Below are positions 41,548-55,627 of a DNA stretch of 64,000 nt, one piece after another. Position 1 is the first letter of the stretch. The number at the start of each line of letters is the position of its first letter. The DNA is from Eledone cirrhosa (Eukaryota): positions 22,940,001 through 23,004,000 of the forward strand of contig OZ024746.1 of the NCBI GenBank assembly GCA_964016885.1, in the 5' to 3' direction. Both the position numbers and the translations under genes were made by a program. The notes under the pieces were generated by a model that saw only the letters and a list, made by a program, of their open reading frames with translations, was not told the DNA's origin and ran no database searches.

Positions 41548-42239
41548 ATATGAATGTGTATGTATGTAGGGGGTGCTAAAGAAAGTTTTGAAACTGCATT
41601 CAAAAATCTTCCACTCAAAGTTTAGTGTCTCAACTTTTCTTTCACTATTTCCCCTCTTTTCATTTTGTTTTTTTTTCCTTCAGGAATTTGCCCTTCTTCT
41701 TGCTATTACCCTGAGTTCTGTTCTGTATTTGCTGTTTCCGTTGTATTCCGCTGTATTTGCTGTTTCCGTTGAAGATAAAATACAGTAGCTTTTTAGTTTT
41801 TGTTATGTATTTGTTTATTCTTTAATTTTTTAGGCTACAACGGATATCATATAATTTTTTAGTTGCATAAGACCCCTAGCTGCATGTATTTATGGTACAT
41901 ATAACCGTTAATATAAGATTGTAGGTGATGTATTCTAAATGTAATAATACTTTTACTGTCATCTTAAAGGTTCATGCGTTAAGTGTTCAATATTATAACT
42001 TTTCTACTGACAGCTAAAATATGACCACTACAATTAAAACTCCGAAGAAAACTCCATTAAGTTGTAATCTGTAACAACAACTCATACAAATAGAATATTT
42101 GCCTATTACTTTATTTTATTTATTTGTTTATTTATTATTATTTTTATTTTTTTGCTTTAGCTCTTAGGTATTAATCTAATGTATCTATAATGTATCTATA
42201 ATGTTCTTTCCTAATATATTATTTTATTTGTGTGTGCTG

Positions 42240-42635
42240 TTTTCTTCGCCCATTTATTCCTGAAAGGGTCGTGGGGGTAGAGTCCTGAAACACACCTCCA
42301 GTGGGTTCTATCAAAAGCAATCGTCTCTAATTGATCCGGCTGGATCCCCAAGCGAGACCAGCTGAGCATATGAATGTTACCCAACCATCTTGCTCATGGT
42401 CTACCCCTGGGTCTCCTGTGAGTTTGTTTTTGCCTGGAAAATTTGACCAATGATTCTTTCCAGAGACATTCTAACCACATACTCATAGTATCAGAACTAT
42501 GATCTCTTAATTCGGAGAAGTAGCGGCTCTATCTGGTGTGACTTTCTTATCTCCGAGCTTCGCACTATATCGAGTAACGTTACTCCAAACACCCTTCTGA
42601 GGAACCCCATTTCGACTGCTTGTATTCTCGATCGT
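42240..42635 (-). mobile_element. RTE-clade LINE 3' fragment, same family as 16870-17345
   Basis: RIQAVEMGFLRRVFGVTLLDIVRSSEIRKSHQIEPLLLRIKRS. Confidence 0.85.
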
Positions 42636-42715
42636 GTGTTGGTGTTGAGCTCTGTCTAATTCACTTATTTCTAAGTCTGTATTTTGGATATTTTTCATCT
42701 CTGTTTCTTTACTGA

Positions 42716-42903
42716 TAATAATTGTTTCTACTTTTGGCACAAGGCCAGCAATTACCTAGTACATTACTGGTACGTTATTTTATCGACCCCCGTAAGGATG
42801 AACAGGCAAAGTTAACCTCGGCGGGATTTGAACTCAGACCGTAAAGAGACGTAACTATGCTGGAAAGCATGGCGTCCGACTCTCTACCGATTCTGCCAAT
42901 CCA
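42716..42903 (-). mobile_element. Meta-domain SINE
   Basis: Full consensus match. Confidence 0.9.
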
Positions 42904-42949
42904 ATAATGTTCTTAATTAATTTTCCTCTTTTCAGAGTTAACGTATTCT

Positions 42950-43850
42950 TCTAATCCGAATTTCATTAATTCCCTTCGGAAATCCGGATAATGTGCGCAG
43001 CAATGTTTCAAATTTCCTATCATTGTCAGCATACGCCGTGATATTACTCTATACACAAAATATGGTTGATCATCTTCCCATAGCATCAGTATCTATATCC
43101 AAACTGATTTAACGTAACGAAAGCAGAAAGGGAATCCAGAGAGGAAAACCCCATGAAATATTTCTTTTCTTGTGGAGATATGGTTATGATCTATAATTTC
43201 TTCCTCTATCTGCATCACCAGAATTGTTTGCCCTTTACCTACGACATGTTTAAAAGATGAATAGGAACAAATTTGGTATATAGGGGATTTTGATATTGTA
43301 GATCAAAATCTATATGTGATGGAGCGAAACTGACTTCATAATCAGAAAGAGCACCCTACAATTAGCTAATATCCCCGTAATTATCTCTTGTTAAAGAAGC
43401 TTTTTTTCATTTGGTCACGTAGTGTTATTGGGGTTACCTTACACACGGTTAGTGTTTCTATGAATCTAGTTTACTATTAAATTTCTCTGCTAGTCCATCC
43501 ATGCTATACCCTAACACTGATGTCTCTTTATGCAGACTTCGACTATGGCTTTATTGATCAGTTATTGATGTTTAGAGCCACATGAACTTTTACAACAGCC
43601 CTACAACTCTTATATAAAAACGTTGTTCATTTATTGAGATATTATTGCAGTTGGAGCTGTGTAGGCTGTTGAATGGCAGGTTAAGGGCCTGTAGTATCCA
43701 GGATTCACTGTACCGTTATTTTTAGTGATTAAAATGGATTCCCCCTCATTGATCCAGTCAGCTGATGTATGCAGCTTCATCAGTATATTATTAAACAACT
43801 CTGCCAATACCTTATGTGTTTCTCTTAAATATTCTAAGTAGAAGTTCACC
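42950..43850 (-). mobile_element. Decayed R4/Dong-like LINE reverse transcriptase region
   Basis: ORF 43631-43849 (..DWINEGESILITKNNGTVNPGYYRPLTCHSTAY..), then SCGSKHQ*LINKAIVE, IAWMD, EIFHGVFLS and INHILCI remnants in RT order. Confidence 0.7.
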
Positions 43851-43860
43851 CAGAATATTT

Positions 43861-44166
43861 AAATGCAGGCAAGGTGATTTTCTGGAAGATCAGCAGTCGC
43901 CCATGTATTCAAGCCTCCCCTCATCACACCATCGATGTTGTCCAAGGGAAAGACAAAGGCCGATACAACTTGGCACCAGTGACGTCGCATCTCATTTCTA
44001 AAGCTGAGTAGAAGTTCACTCAGCTTTAGAAATGAGATGCAACGTCACTGGTGCCAAGTTGTATCGGCCTTTGTCTTTCCCTTGGACAACATCGATGGTG
44101 TTATGAGGGGAGGCTTGAATACATGGGCGACTGCTGATCTTCCAGAAAATCACATTGCCTGCATTT
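43861..44166. mobile_element. Fold-back (inverted duplication) of a CORE-type SINE 3' part, ~149-bp arms
   Basis: Arms 43861-44009 and 44018-44166; homologous to 62963-63225. Confidence 0.9.
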
Positions 44167-44419
44167 GAACCTTGAAGGAAGGATATATCCAACGGGCATC
44201 TATCTGACAAACTTTGCTGATAGTTATGATCTTCAAGGTTATGGCTGAGTACCCTTGCCCACTACAATCGCACTCAGAACCTTGCAGATACGAAGCAAAT
44301 ATTTTAATACTACAACCATGCAGAATCTTCCCCCCAATGAAGATGTTAATATTATTAATGTATGCATTAAGCAGCTGAAATCTATGATAAATTCATACCT
44401 GTCTTATCTGTGTATTTCC

Positions 44420-44558
44420 TGCTGTTGTTGTTATTGTTTAATTAGCGTTGTTTCTATTTTTGTTGTTGTTGTGGTTGCTGCTGCAACAGTTGCTGTTGTT
44501 GTTGTTGTTGTTGATGATGTTTCAGTTTTGTTGTCATTGTTACTGTAATGTAATGTGA

Positions 44559-44589
<31 letters not shown>

Positions 44590-44802
44590 GTTGTTATTGC
44601 CATCGTCGTCTTTGATATTATCATTTCTGTTGTTGTCATTGATATTGTTATTGCTGTCACTGTCGTTGTTATTATTACTATTAATCATCATTACTATGTA
44701 ATAAACAACCTTCTGGAAATACATAGCACTGGAGTATGATGCCTCGGAGATATTCTCCATATTATATTTCTGTTGTATATAATATAATACCCAGATTCAA
44801 TT

Positions 44803-44874
<72 letters not shown>

Positions 44875-45285
44875 ATGGTGGTGTGGATGTTGATAGTGAC
44901 GTCTAAGTAGATGTCTATATGGTGGGGATAGTGAAGGTGGTAGGTGGCGTGGTGGTGGTGAGCATGTTGGTGGTGGCGGTGGGGTGTGGGATGTTATGTG
45001 TGTGTGGGGGGGAGGTTATAGTGGCGGCTATGTAGATGCCTATGGTAGGGATAGTGAAGGTGGTAGGGGTGGTAGGTGTGGGGGTGAGCCTGTTGGTGGT
45101 GGCTACGGTGGACATGCTGGTGGTGATGGCAATGGCAAAAATGGTGGTGGCGGTTGTGTTATAGATGTTTATATTGGTTGTGGTGGTGATGGAGATGGTC
45201 CTGGTGGTGGTGGTGGTGGTGGTGGTAATGATGGTGGTAATGGTGGTAGTGTCGATTTTTATAGTGATGGCAGTGGTCGTGGTAA
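44420..45285. repeat. (GTT)n, (AGT)n and (GGT)n low-complexity tracts
   Basis: Directly visible. Confidence 0.8.
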
Positions 45286-45532
45286 ATAGGGACTGTAAAC
45301 GCTTTAAGAAGATCTAGTATTTCCATTCTTCGACCAAATATTAGTTAACCGTTTCGTTACAATATGTTTAATGAAAGACCCTCTCTATGATTTTTTTCAA
45401 ATATTTTTGCACATAATCCAGTATTTGAATTAATTTTATCATTAACCTGCTGTTTGGAACATAACTTAACCAGGTTCTTACTTAACACCATGATGGAATG
45501 TTTACAACTTTGTATCGTAGAACCAGGGAGGG

Positions 45533-45986
45533 TATATATATAATATACATATATATATAATATATATATACATATATATATAGTATATATATATAATATA
45601 CATATATATATAATATATATATATATAATATATATATATATAGAGAGAGAGAATATATATATATAGTATATATATAGAGAATATATATATATAGTATATA
45701 TATAGAGAATATATATATATAGTATATATATAGAGAATATACATATATAGTATATATATAATATATATATATACTATATATATATACTATATATATACTA
45801 TATATATATATACTATATATATATATATAGTATATATATATATAATATATATAGTATATATATAGTATATATATATATAATATATATATATATAGTATAT
45901 ATATATAGTATATATATATATATATATATATAGTATATATATATAGTATATATATAGTATATATATATATATAGTATATATATATA

Positions 45987-46020
<34 letters not shown>

Positions 46021-46647
46021 TATATATAGTATATATATAGTATATATATGTAGTATATATATAGTATATATATATATAGTACATATATAGTATATATATA
46101 TAGTATATATATATAGTATATATATATATATAGTATATATATATAGTATATATATATAGTGTATATATATATAGTATATATATATAGTATATATATATAT
46201 AGTATATATATATAGTATATATATATAGTATATATATATAATATATATATAGTATATATATATAGTATATATATATATAGTATATATATATAGTATATAT
46301 ATATATATAGTATATATATATATAGTATATATATATAGTATATATATATAGTATATATATATATAGTATATATATATAGTATATATATATAGTGTATATA
46401 TATATAGTATATATATATAGTATATATATATATATAGTATATATATATAGTATATATATATATAGTATATATATATAGTATATATATATAGTATATATAT
46501 ATAGTATATATATATAGTATATATATATAGTATATATATATATATATATAGTATATATATATATAGTATATATATAGTATATATATATATAGTATATATA
46601 TAAATATAGTATATATATAGTATATATATATACAGTATATATATATA

Positions 46648-46696
<49 letters not shown>

Positions 46697-46894
46697 TATA
46701 TATATATATAGTATATATATATATATATAGTTATATATATATATATATAGTTATATATATATATATATATAGTATATATATATATATATAGTATATATAT
46801 ATATATAGTATATATATATATAGTATATATATATATATATATTATATATATATCTAGTTTATATATATATATAGTATCTATATATATATATACC

Positions 46895-46925
<31 letters not shown>

Positions 46926-46940
46926 ATAGTATATATATAT

Positions 46941-46979
<39 letters not shown>

Positions 46980-47037
46980 TCTATATATATATACCATATA
47001 TATATATATATATATATAGTATATATATATATATATA

Positions 47038-47075
<38 letters not shown>

Positions 47076-47124
47076 TATATATATATATATATATATAGCA
47101 TATATATATATATATATATATATA

Positions 47125-47162
<38 letters not shown>

Positions 47163-47364
47163 TATATATATATATATATAGCATATATATATATAGTATA
47201 TATATATATATATATAATATATATATATATATATAGTATATATATATATATATATATTAAGTATATATATATATATTAAGTATATATATATATATATATA
47301 TAGTATATATATATATAGTATATATATATATAGATATATATATATAGATATATATATATATATA

Positions 47365-47406
<42 letters not shown>

Positions 47407-47416
47407 CATATATATA

Positions 47417-47455
<39 letters not shown>

Positions 47456-47477
47456 CATATATATATATATATATATA

Positions 47478-47517
<40 letters not shown>

Positions 47518-47539
47518 CATATATATATATATATATATA

Positions 47540-47630
<91 letters not shown>
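45533..47630. repeat. 2.1-kb (TA)n array interrupted by G / GC
   Basis: Directly visible. Confidence 0.97.
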
Positions 47631-47632
<2 letters not shown>

Positions 47633-48940
47633 CTTTGAATAACTTTGAAATGTTTTGGCCAGTGTTGGCCCAGGCCACGTCTAACTTAATAGCACCACCT
47701 GGCGAAGTCTTTCAATTCAGGATTTGGGCACTATGGCCCATTCGAGAAGGGAATTACTGTTTGCGGAGACATATCCGGGTCTGGGTGGTTTGTCCGGGAT
47801 TACTTGGAGGAATTTGTCCAAAGACTTCTTGAAAATTGTGTGGTCAGTTTCTGTTTTGACGTGTCCTGGTGTGATGTTGAAGAGAGCAGGGCCAATTGAG
47901 GTGAAATAATTGTGCCGTATTGTTGTTATGAGTTGCAATTTAGATTTTTGTTTGGGGATAGCACGGGGCCCAAGCCTTGGGTGATGCCAACATCATTTGG
48001 GCAGTGCTGATGAAACATTTTCTACATCATGCAGATAATATAACCCTCACGGCGACGTTGGAGTGAGTAAAGTTTCAGCTTTTCTAGTCGACCCCAGTAG
48101 TCAAGGTCTGACATGCCATCTATCTTTTTCGTGCTTGCCCTTTGGGGAGCTTCAAGTTTCATGATACTTTGTTTCGTGTGGGGAGACCACAGTGGACAAC
48201 AGTATTCAAGGTGTGGTCGGGCAAAAGTGGAGAAGAGAAGGATAATGGTGTGGGAATCTCTCGACTGGAAGGTTCTGAGGATCCAGGAACACATTCTGCG
48301 GGCCATGTCAACTTTGTTGCTTATATGCGTGGCCCAGCTTATGTTGCTGTCCACAGTTACTCCCAAGTCTCTGATGTTGTTAGATACCACGAGAGTTTCA
48401 CCGGAGGGAAGGAAGTACGGGTGTTTCAGAGCATCCTCTTTTCCAATGTGGATCAGTTCGAATTTGTCTTCGTTCAGTTTTTCTTTTCCGCCCATTGGGT
48501 AACGGCCAGTAGGTCTGACTGAAGGCTTATCCGGTCATCCACGCCATTGATGACCTTCTGGAGCTTGGAATCATCAGCGAAAATTCTAATGTTGCTGTGT
48601 TTGATGATGTCAGTGATGTCGTTAATATAGATGATGAAGAGAAGTGTGCCCAACACAGTGCCTTGTGGGACCCCACTACTGACTTTGGGTTGGCTGGATT
48701 TGACTCCTTCGACTACAACATGTTGGGTTCTGTTTGACAGGAAGCACTTGATCCACTGCAGCAGCTTTCCAGTGACACCAATATTGGACAGCTTTCTCAG
48801 TAGAATGTTGTGATCAACCCTGTGAAAGGCCTTGCTGAAATCAAGATAACATCAGTGTTGGAACCCTCTCCCAAGGCTCTCAAAATGTCATCAAAGTGAT
48901 GCAGTAGCTGCGTCAGGCAATCCCTTCCATTACGGAATCC

Positions 48941-48942
<2 letters not shown>
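47631..48942 (-). mobile_element. CR1-group LINE, 5'-truncated RT plus 3' UTR, frameshifted
   Basis: GFRNGRDCLTQLL..DFSKAFHRVDH..SGVPQGTVLGTLLFIIYINDI..IFADDSKL..RDLGVTVD..RPHLEYCCPLWSP; tail (TTCAAAGTTA)x2; (TA)n on both sides. Confidence 0.93.
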
Positions 48943-49015
<73 letters not shown>

Positions 49016-49029
49016 TATATATATACAAT

Positions 49030-49330
49030 TCAGCAACAACAACACAGCAATAATAACAACAACAACAGAACACAACCAGTACCAACACTACCAGCAACAT
49101 CAAAATTAACCAACAACAAACACACCAACAACGACGATAACAATAACAATAACAATACAGCAACAACAACAACAACAACAACAACAATACAGGAACAACA
49201 ACAACAAAACAGCAACAACACAACAACAATAACAACCACATTACAACAATAATAACCACAACAACAACCACACAGTAACAACAAGATAACAACAACAACA
49301 ACAGCAGCAGCAGCAGCAGCAGCATCACCT
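49030..49330. repeat. (CAA/CAG)n low-complexity tract
   Basis: Directly visible. Confidence 0.9.
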
Positions 49331-49602
49331 CAACATAATTATTGCAATCAAAACTAAACATAATATTATTGTATTTACTTATTGTCATTGTAAATATTTA
49401 CAACCAATATATATATATTGTCAATACTCAATAATTAGTAAACAATTCAATCAGATAGGTTGCCATGAGTATCTAAAAAATTGAAATTCTAAGAGTAGGC
49501 AAGGATGTCTGGTTAATGAGTTCATTTGGCACCCACTTGGTTCACTTTCACTATATGTTAACCTAGGAGAAAGAAGCTGCAAGAGTTTGTCGTATTATAT
49601 AC

Positions 49603-49649
<47 letters not shown>

Positions 49650-49650
49650 T

Positions 49651-49908
49651 ATAAAGAAAAAGGGATGAAATCGAAAATGCAACTGAAGTCTTATTTTTTA
49701 AAAATATATATATTTATTTAATATAAATATATATATATTTATATATATTTTTATATAATATATATATTTATTTTATATAAATATATATATTTTTAAAAAA
49801 ATAAGACTTCAGTTGCATTTTCGATTTCATCCCTTTTTCTTTATACTTCCACTCGTGTAGGACACCTCGGTTATTTTTCATTTTGTAAAAAAAACCTCAC
49901 TTTCTAAT
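49651..49908 (+). mobile_element. Family D element tail with inverted duplication (49651-49844)
   Basis: ataaagaaaaagggatgaaatcgaaaatgcaactgaagtctta and its reverse complement; tail nearly identical to 53632-53766. Confidence 0.85.
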
Positions 49909-50478
<570 letters not shown>

Positions 50479-50513
50479 TAACAAATGGAAACTGTATTTA
50501 TAAAACCATATTT

Positions 50514-50576
50514 ATTTCATTATACATATTTCAAGAACACCAAAGCAAATTATGGTGCGATTTCATCAGATAAAAT
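50514..50576 (-). ncRNA. Type I hammerhead-like motif (family E)
   Basis: ATTTTAT-CTGATGA-aatcg CACCA..TGGTG ttctt-GAAATATGTATA-ATGAAAT. Confidence 0.65.
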
Positions 50577-51067
50577 ATAATATAGATCAGTTTTATAAAC
50601 AAATATTGACATACCCTTTAAGAATGCAACCATGTCGGTTGGAAGCTCCCGGATAGTGGGGTTACTAATTTTATTATTGGTCTATTATGCAAATTAGTGT
50701 CGGAAAGGTTTAAATCCCATACATTTAAATTTACGCCGTTGGAATAGGGAAAAAAGAAAAGGAAAAAGAAAGAACGAAAGAAAAACAAAAAAAAAGAAAG
50801 AGAAAGAGAGAAAACCCTAAGTGAGAGAGTGTTGTATTAACGTAATTTTATGAGATGGTGAAGCGAAAAGATAAATATATATTGGATGAATTACGCGAAG
50901 TAAATAAAGCGTGGATAAATAAATAAATAAATAGTAATAACCGGAGAATTTTATCTCATGTTTAAATTTGATTAAATTATTGAGATCAATAAATTAAAAA
51001 TTAAAAATTGAGATCTATATATTATTAAAAGGATATATATATATACACATATATATATATACATATA

Positions 51068-51939
51068 TATATAGTAGAATAATCGAGTATCGAAAAATCG
51101 GCGCACGAGTTCACGATAAACAAAATTCGACATGAGTGGCAGAGGGCTCAATAATTCAGATAAATCAGAGCTATAACTATCGTTAAAATACCAACACACA
51201 TAGATTATGTCTAAAATCAACCATACGACCGAAAAATTACGATCCGGAAGATCACTCAGGTAAAATATCAATAAATCAATAAATCATATGAATGTAAAAA
51301 GCTTACCCGGACCCACTAGAAAGATGGTAAATCTAGCTTCTTGGGTTTCTGTAAATCCTTAAATCGCCCACTATCAGCCCACATAAAAATATATAAGACT
51401 TCTAGGGAGCGGCGGACAGGAAATACTTTATCAACGAGCTTTGTCCAAACGAATAAAAAAGCACAACCCTAGCTGAAAACGCACATGGAATCCAGCAAGG
51501 GAGATAACCTCTATATCCGCGAAAAATATTCGAGAATGTGGAAAATCACATATCGAATAAGAGTGCTCAATAGACATGTTAAAATAAACAGGAGCTATTC
51601 ATCATTTAATAGAATCGACAAAAAATGAACAATAAAATTTACTGGTCAATAGCTAGGTCTAGAGCTAAATATAGTAGAATAATCGAGTATCGAAAAATCG
51701 GCGCACGAGTTCACGATAAACAAAATTCGACATGAGTGGCAGAGGGCTCAATAATTCAGATAAATCAGAGCTATAACTATCGTTAAAATACCAACACACA
51801 TAGATTATGTCTAAAATCAACCATACGACCGAAAAATTACGATCCGGAAGATTCGGGTCACTCAGATAAAATATCAATAAATCAATAAATCATATGAATG
51901 TAAAAAGCTTACCCGGACCCACTAGAAAGATGGTAAATC

Positions 51940-51942
<3 letters not shown>
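51068..51942. repeat. ~600-bp unit with ~270-bp terminal direct repeats (51068-51335 and 51668-51941), between (TA)n tracts
   Basis: Near-identical repeats, with duplicated ORFs MIFYLSD..; one short indel. Confidence 0.9.
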
Positions 51943-51989
<47 letters not shown>

Positions 51990-51994
51990 CAATA

Positions 51995-52300
51995 TCGGAG
52001 GAAGCTTTTTAGCGATACTCCGGCCAAATTCCAAACATTAGGAATTAAGTGATTATATTCCCAATTATGTGTTCGGGGTGCTAACTAAAAGTATTGCGTG
52101 GAAAATTGGCTGTATTATTTCAAATGAGATATATCTAATATATCTCTTCCCAGACGGACGTCTCGTTTCATTATAGGATTCCTACAATTTGGGTGAAATT
52201 ATACCAATTTATGTAGGAGCTTGTATAGCATCAATAGATATATATTCAAGTGGGCTCCTATAATTCATCAGTGGGTGCCTCAATACTACTAATATTGATA
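51995..52300. mobile_element. Diverged dispersed repeat, homologous to ~62140-62440; family unknown
   Basis: Shared cccaatt.a.gtgtt.ggggtgctaac, tgtattatttt..atgagatata, tttatgtag.agc.t and tcatcagtgg blocks. Confidence 0.6.
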
Positions 52301-52435
52301 ATCTAACCAACATCAGCATTTAGCGATAATCACTTTCTGTGCCTGAGGTATCTGTCAGGTTGCCAGTCCAGCAGTTCTGAATGAAGTGCTCGAACTGATT
52401 CAAATAATGACGAAGTGAATTACCGCCAAAAAAAC

Positions 52436-52590
52436 GTGGCTTTTAGTCTTCACATTTATTATTAACTTTTGCATGCTTGAATCTATTATATAAGATTATA
52501 ATCGTTATCATTTACCAAAAGTATACTGTCTCATTAAGAGTTCACTATCTCACTATACCTAATTTTTTTACAAATACGTGTATATTATAT
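52436..52590 (+). repeat. Dispersed ~150-bp repeat, second copy at 55172-55322
   Basis: Near-identical tcttcacatttattattaacttttgcatgcttgaatc..acaaatacgtgtatatt. Confidence 0.85.
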
Positions 52591-52658
52591 ATATATATAT
52601 ATATACGGGTATATTATATTATATATATATACGTGTATATTATATATATATATATATA

Positions 52659-52987
52659 AGGGCGGTGGATTGGCAGTATCGGTAGAGGGTCGGACGCCAT
52701 GCTTTCCAGCATAGTTACGTCCCTTTACGATCTGAGTTCAAATCCCGCCGAGGTTGACTTTGCCTTTCATCCTTACGGGGTCGATAAAATAAAGTACCAG
52801 TAATGCACTTGGTAATTGCTGGCCTTGTGCCTAAAGTAGAAACAATTATATATATATATATACTATCAAAATCAGTAATGCACTGGGTAATTGCTGGCCT
52901 TGTGCCTAAAATAGAAACAATTATTACATAACCTTACCAGCAATGCACTGAGTAATTGCTGGCCTTGTGCCAAAAGTAGAAACAATT
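52659..52987 (+). mobile_element. Young Meta-domain SINE (52659-52848) with two extra copies of its 3' 50 nt
   Basis: cagtaatgcact.ggtaattgctggccttgtgcc.aaa.tagaaacaatt occurs three times. Confidence 0.92.
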
Positions 52988-53479
52988 ATTACATAACCTT
53001 ACATAAATTTATTATTAATCATCAACCAACAATTAACTATTAAATTTTTCAATTAACAATAAAACTTATAAGAAATAGCAAAATATATGTTTAAAATATA
53101 GGAATGTTCAGAGATTTTACCGAAGAAATATCTCTTGGTAATAGCAATACAGCGTGATGGAAAATTTATTGATTTATTTGTAATTTAGATACCTCTAAGG
53201 ATGTTATGCTATAAAAGTTAAGATGATAAAAAAGTTAAGATTATAAGAGAACCTTATATTATTTTAGAGTAAGTTATAATTTTATAAATTTTATATATTT
53301 TATAAATCCACCTGTTATACAGTTGTGACTGTTAAAATATAAGTTTGTTTACTATAACGTCTTAATGTTTAAAGTATATATATAATATATTGTATTTTTA
53401 CTCCATAAATTTGTTGAGTTCTTTATATCAGTTATAAAATTATTTGCTTGTTGTATCCCAACAAATGAAATATAACTTC

Positions 53480-53517
<38 letters not shown>

Positions 53518-53588
53518 AAATATAACTTCTACATATATATATATATATATATATGTGAGAAAAACCACAGACCCTCCATCTCAACTCA

Positions 53589-53626
53589 CCTTTTGAAAAG
53601 CAGAAGAACTGCGAAACCGGTAAAGG
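53589..53626 (+). ncRNA. Mutated minimal hammerhead (family D)
   Basis: CCTT-TTGAAAA(cf. CTGAAGA)-GCAG aagaa CTGC-GAAACCGGTA-AAGG; helices intact, two core substitutions. Confidence 0.6.
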
Positions 53627-53780
53627 AACCAAATAAATATATATATTTTTAAAAAAAATAAGACTTCAGTTGCATTTTCGATTTCATCCCTTTTTCTTTA
53701 TACTTCCAATCGTGTAGGACACCTCGGTTATTTTTCATTTTGTAAAAAAAACCTCACTTTCTAATATATATATATATATA

Positions 53781-53930
53781 TAGTTTTGCGAGGTTTTTTA
53801 TATGAAATCATGTGTCGAAACAAATATTGTTATACTTGGGGAGGGTCATATTTGTGTAATATTGCCAGAATTAATAACAGAACGCACTCACTGTTTGGTT
53901 GGTTTTCGCTTTTCACTTCTGTGTCTTTTA
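53781..53930 (+). repeat. Family F element; second copy at 58812-59006 carries a 3' inverted duplication
   Basis: Near-identical copies starting in (TA)n; contain cGAAACAA ata TTGTT, resembling the 3' half of an HHR. Confidence 0.75.
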
Positions 53931-54030
53931 TATCGGTTAATTTAATTTATTCGGTCCTCAATTTTGCCATTGACTGACCAACGGTCAAAAATACAGATAC
54001 AATATACACACACACACATATATATAGTTT

Positions 54031-54072
54031 ATCAAAGTTCTTTCGTTGCACATATGCAACATCGTCAGTGGT
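54031..54072 (-). ncRNA. Hammerhead motif with weak or truncated stem I
   Basis: acca-CTGACGA-T-GTTGCA tatg TGCAAC-GAAAGAACTT-tgat. Confidence 0.65.
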
Positions 54073-54217
54073 GCTATTGTTTCCTCCCGTTGCATTGTAT
54101 TTTCTACGCCCTCTTTATTTAGTCTGTTTATATATTTATTTGTTTATTTTATTTTGTCTTCTTTGCGCATGCGTTTGCGTGTGTGTATAGTGTTTTGTTT
54201 GATGTGTGTTCGTGATT

Positions 54218-54688
<471 letters not shown>

Positions 54689-54777
54689 CAAAAGCATGTA
54701 TTGAGTTAGAAACTCAAAATAGTCTCATTACAGTAAATTAGCTCTAGGAAAAAGATTTTTCCGAGCCGTATATAACC

Positions 54778-55083
54778 GAACAAAAAGGAAACACGAACAC
54801 AGACATATACATATGTGTGTTCAAATCGTAATGGACCAAAATCGCTAAGGTGAAAAAAATACTAACTACAGACAATAGGGTTTGCTAGCCTCAATTTAAG
54901 AATAAATTAAGAAAAATAAATACAAACCAGTATTGTGGTAACTACCATCACCCAGACGGTCTTTGGTAGAACCGTTTCGCAATATTATTTGCGAAGAGAT
55001 ATACCAAATTCCAGGTTCATTTGGTCCATTACGATTTGAACATATATATATATATGTCTGTGTTCGCTTTTCCTTTTTGTTCA
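54778..55083. mobile_element. Element with ~62-bp inverted arms enclosing the 3' half of a hammerhead (54949-54993, minus strand)
   Basis: gaacaaaaaggaaa..ttcaaatcgtaatggaccaaa and its reverse complement; CGCAA ataata TTGC-GAAACGGT..ACCGTC. Confidence 0.65.
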
Positions 55084-55571
55084 GATATATATACATATAT
55101 ATATACATATGTATATATATACATATATATATATATACATATACATGCAGCGATCCCTATTGAGCCCTCTTTGGCTTTTAATCTTCACATTTATTATTAA
55201 CTTTTGCATGCTTGAATCTATTATATAAGATTATAATCGTTATCATTTACCAAAAGTATACTGTCTCATTAAGAGTATTCTATCTCACTATACCTAATTT
55301 TTTTACAAATACGTGTATATTGTATAATAACATAATCATATTATTAGTTACGTATATCTCTGCATTTGGTTTTTTGTTTGCATCTATATTTATAATGTAT
55401 AATAACTTAATCATAATTACCGTTTAGGTTTAACGCTATATATAGTTTGTGCAAACATAGATATATTGTACAATAACATATTCATTATTTAGAGTTCATT
55501 CCTCCCATGAAGGTGGAACTAATATAGTGATTTAATATAACATAATAAATATTAATTTATTACGATAAATG

Positions 55572-55627
<56 letters not shown>

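Noticed and set aside
48007-48020. CTGATGAAAC
   Set aside because: Antisense of CR1 coding sequence; no room for helix II
52659-52750. tRNA gene candidates (A/B boxes), here and in the other SINE heads
   Set aside because: They continue into the SINE body and lack a complete cloverleaf; they are SINE heads, not tRNA genes
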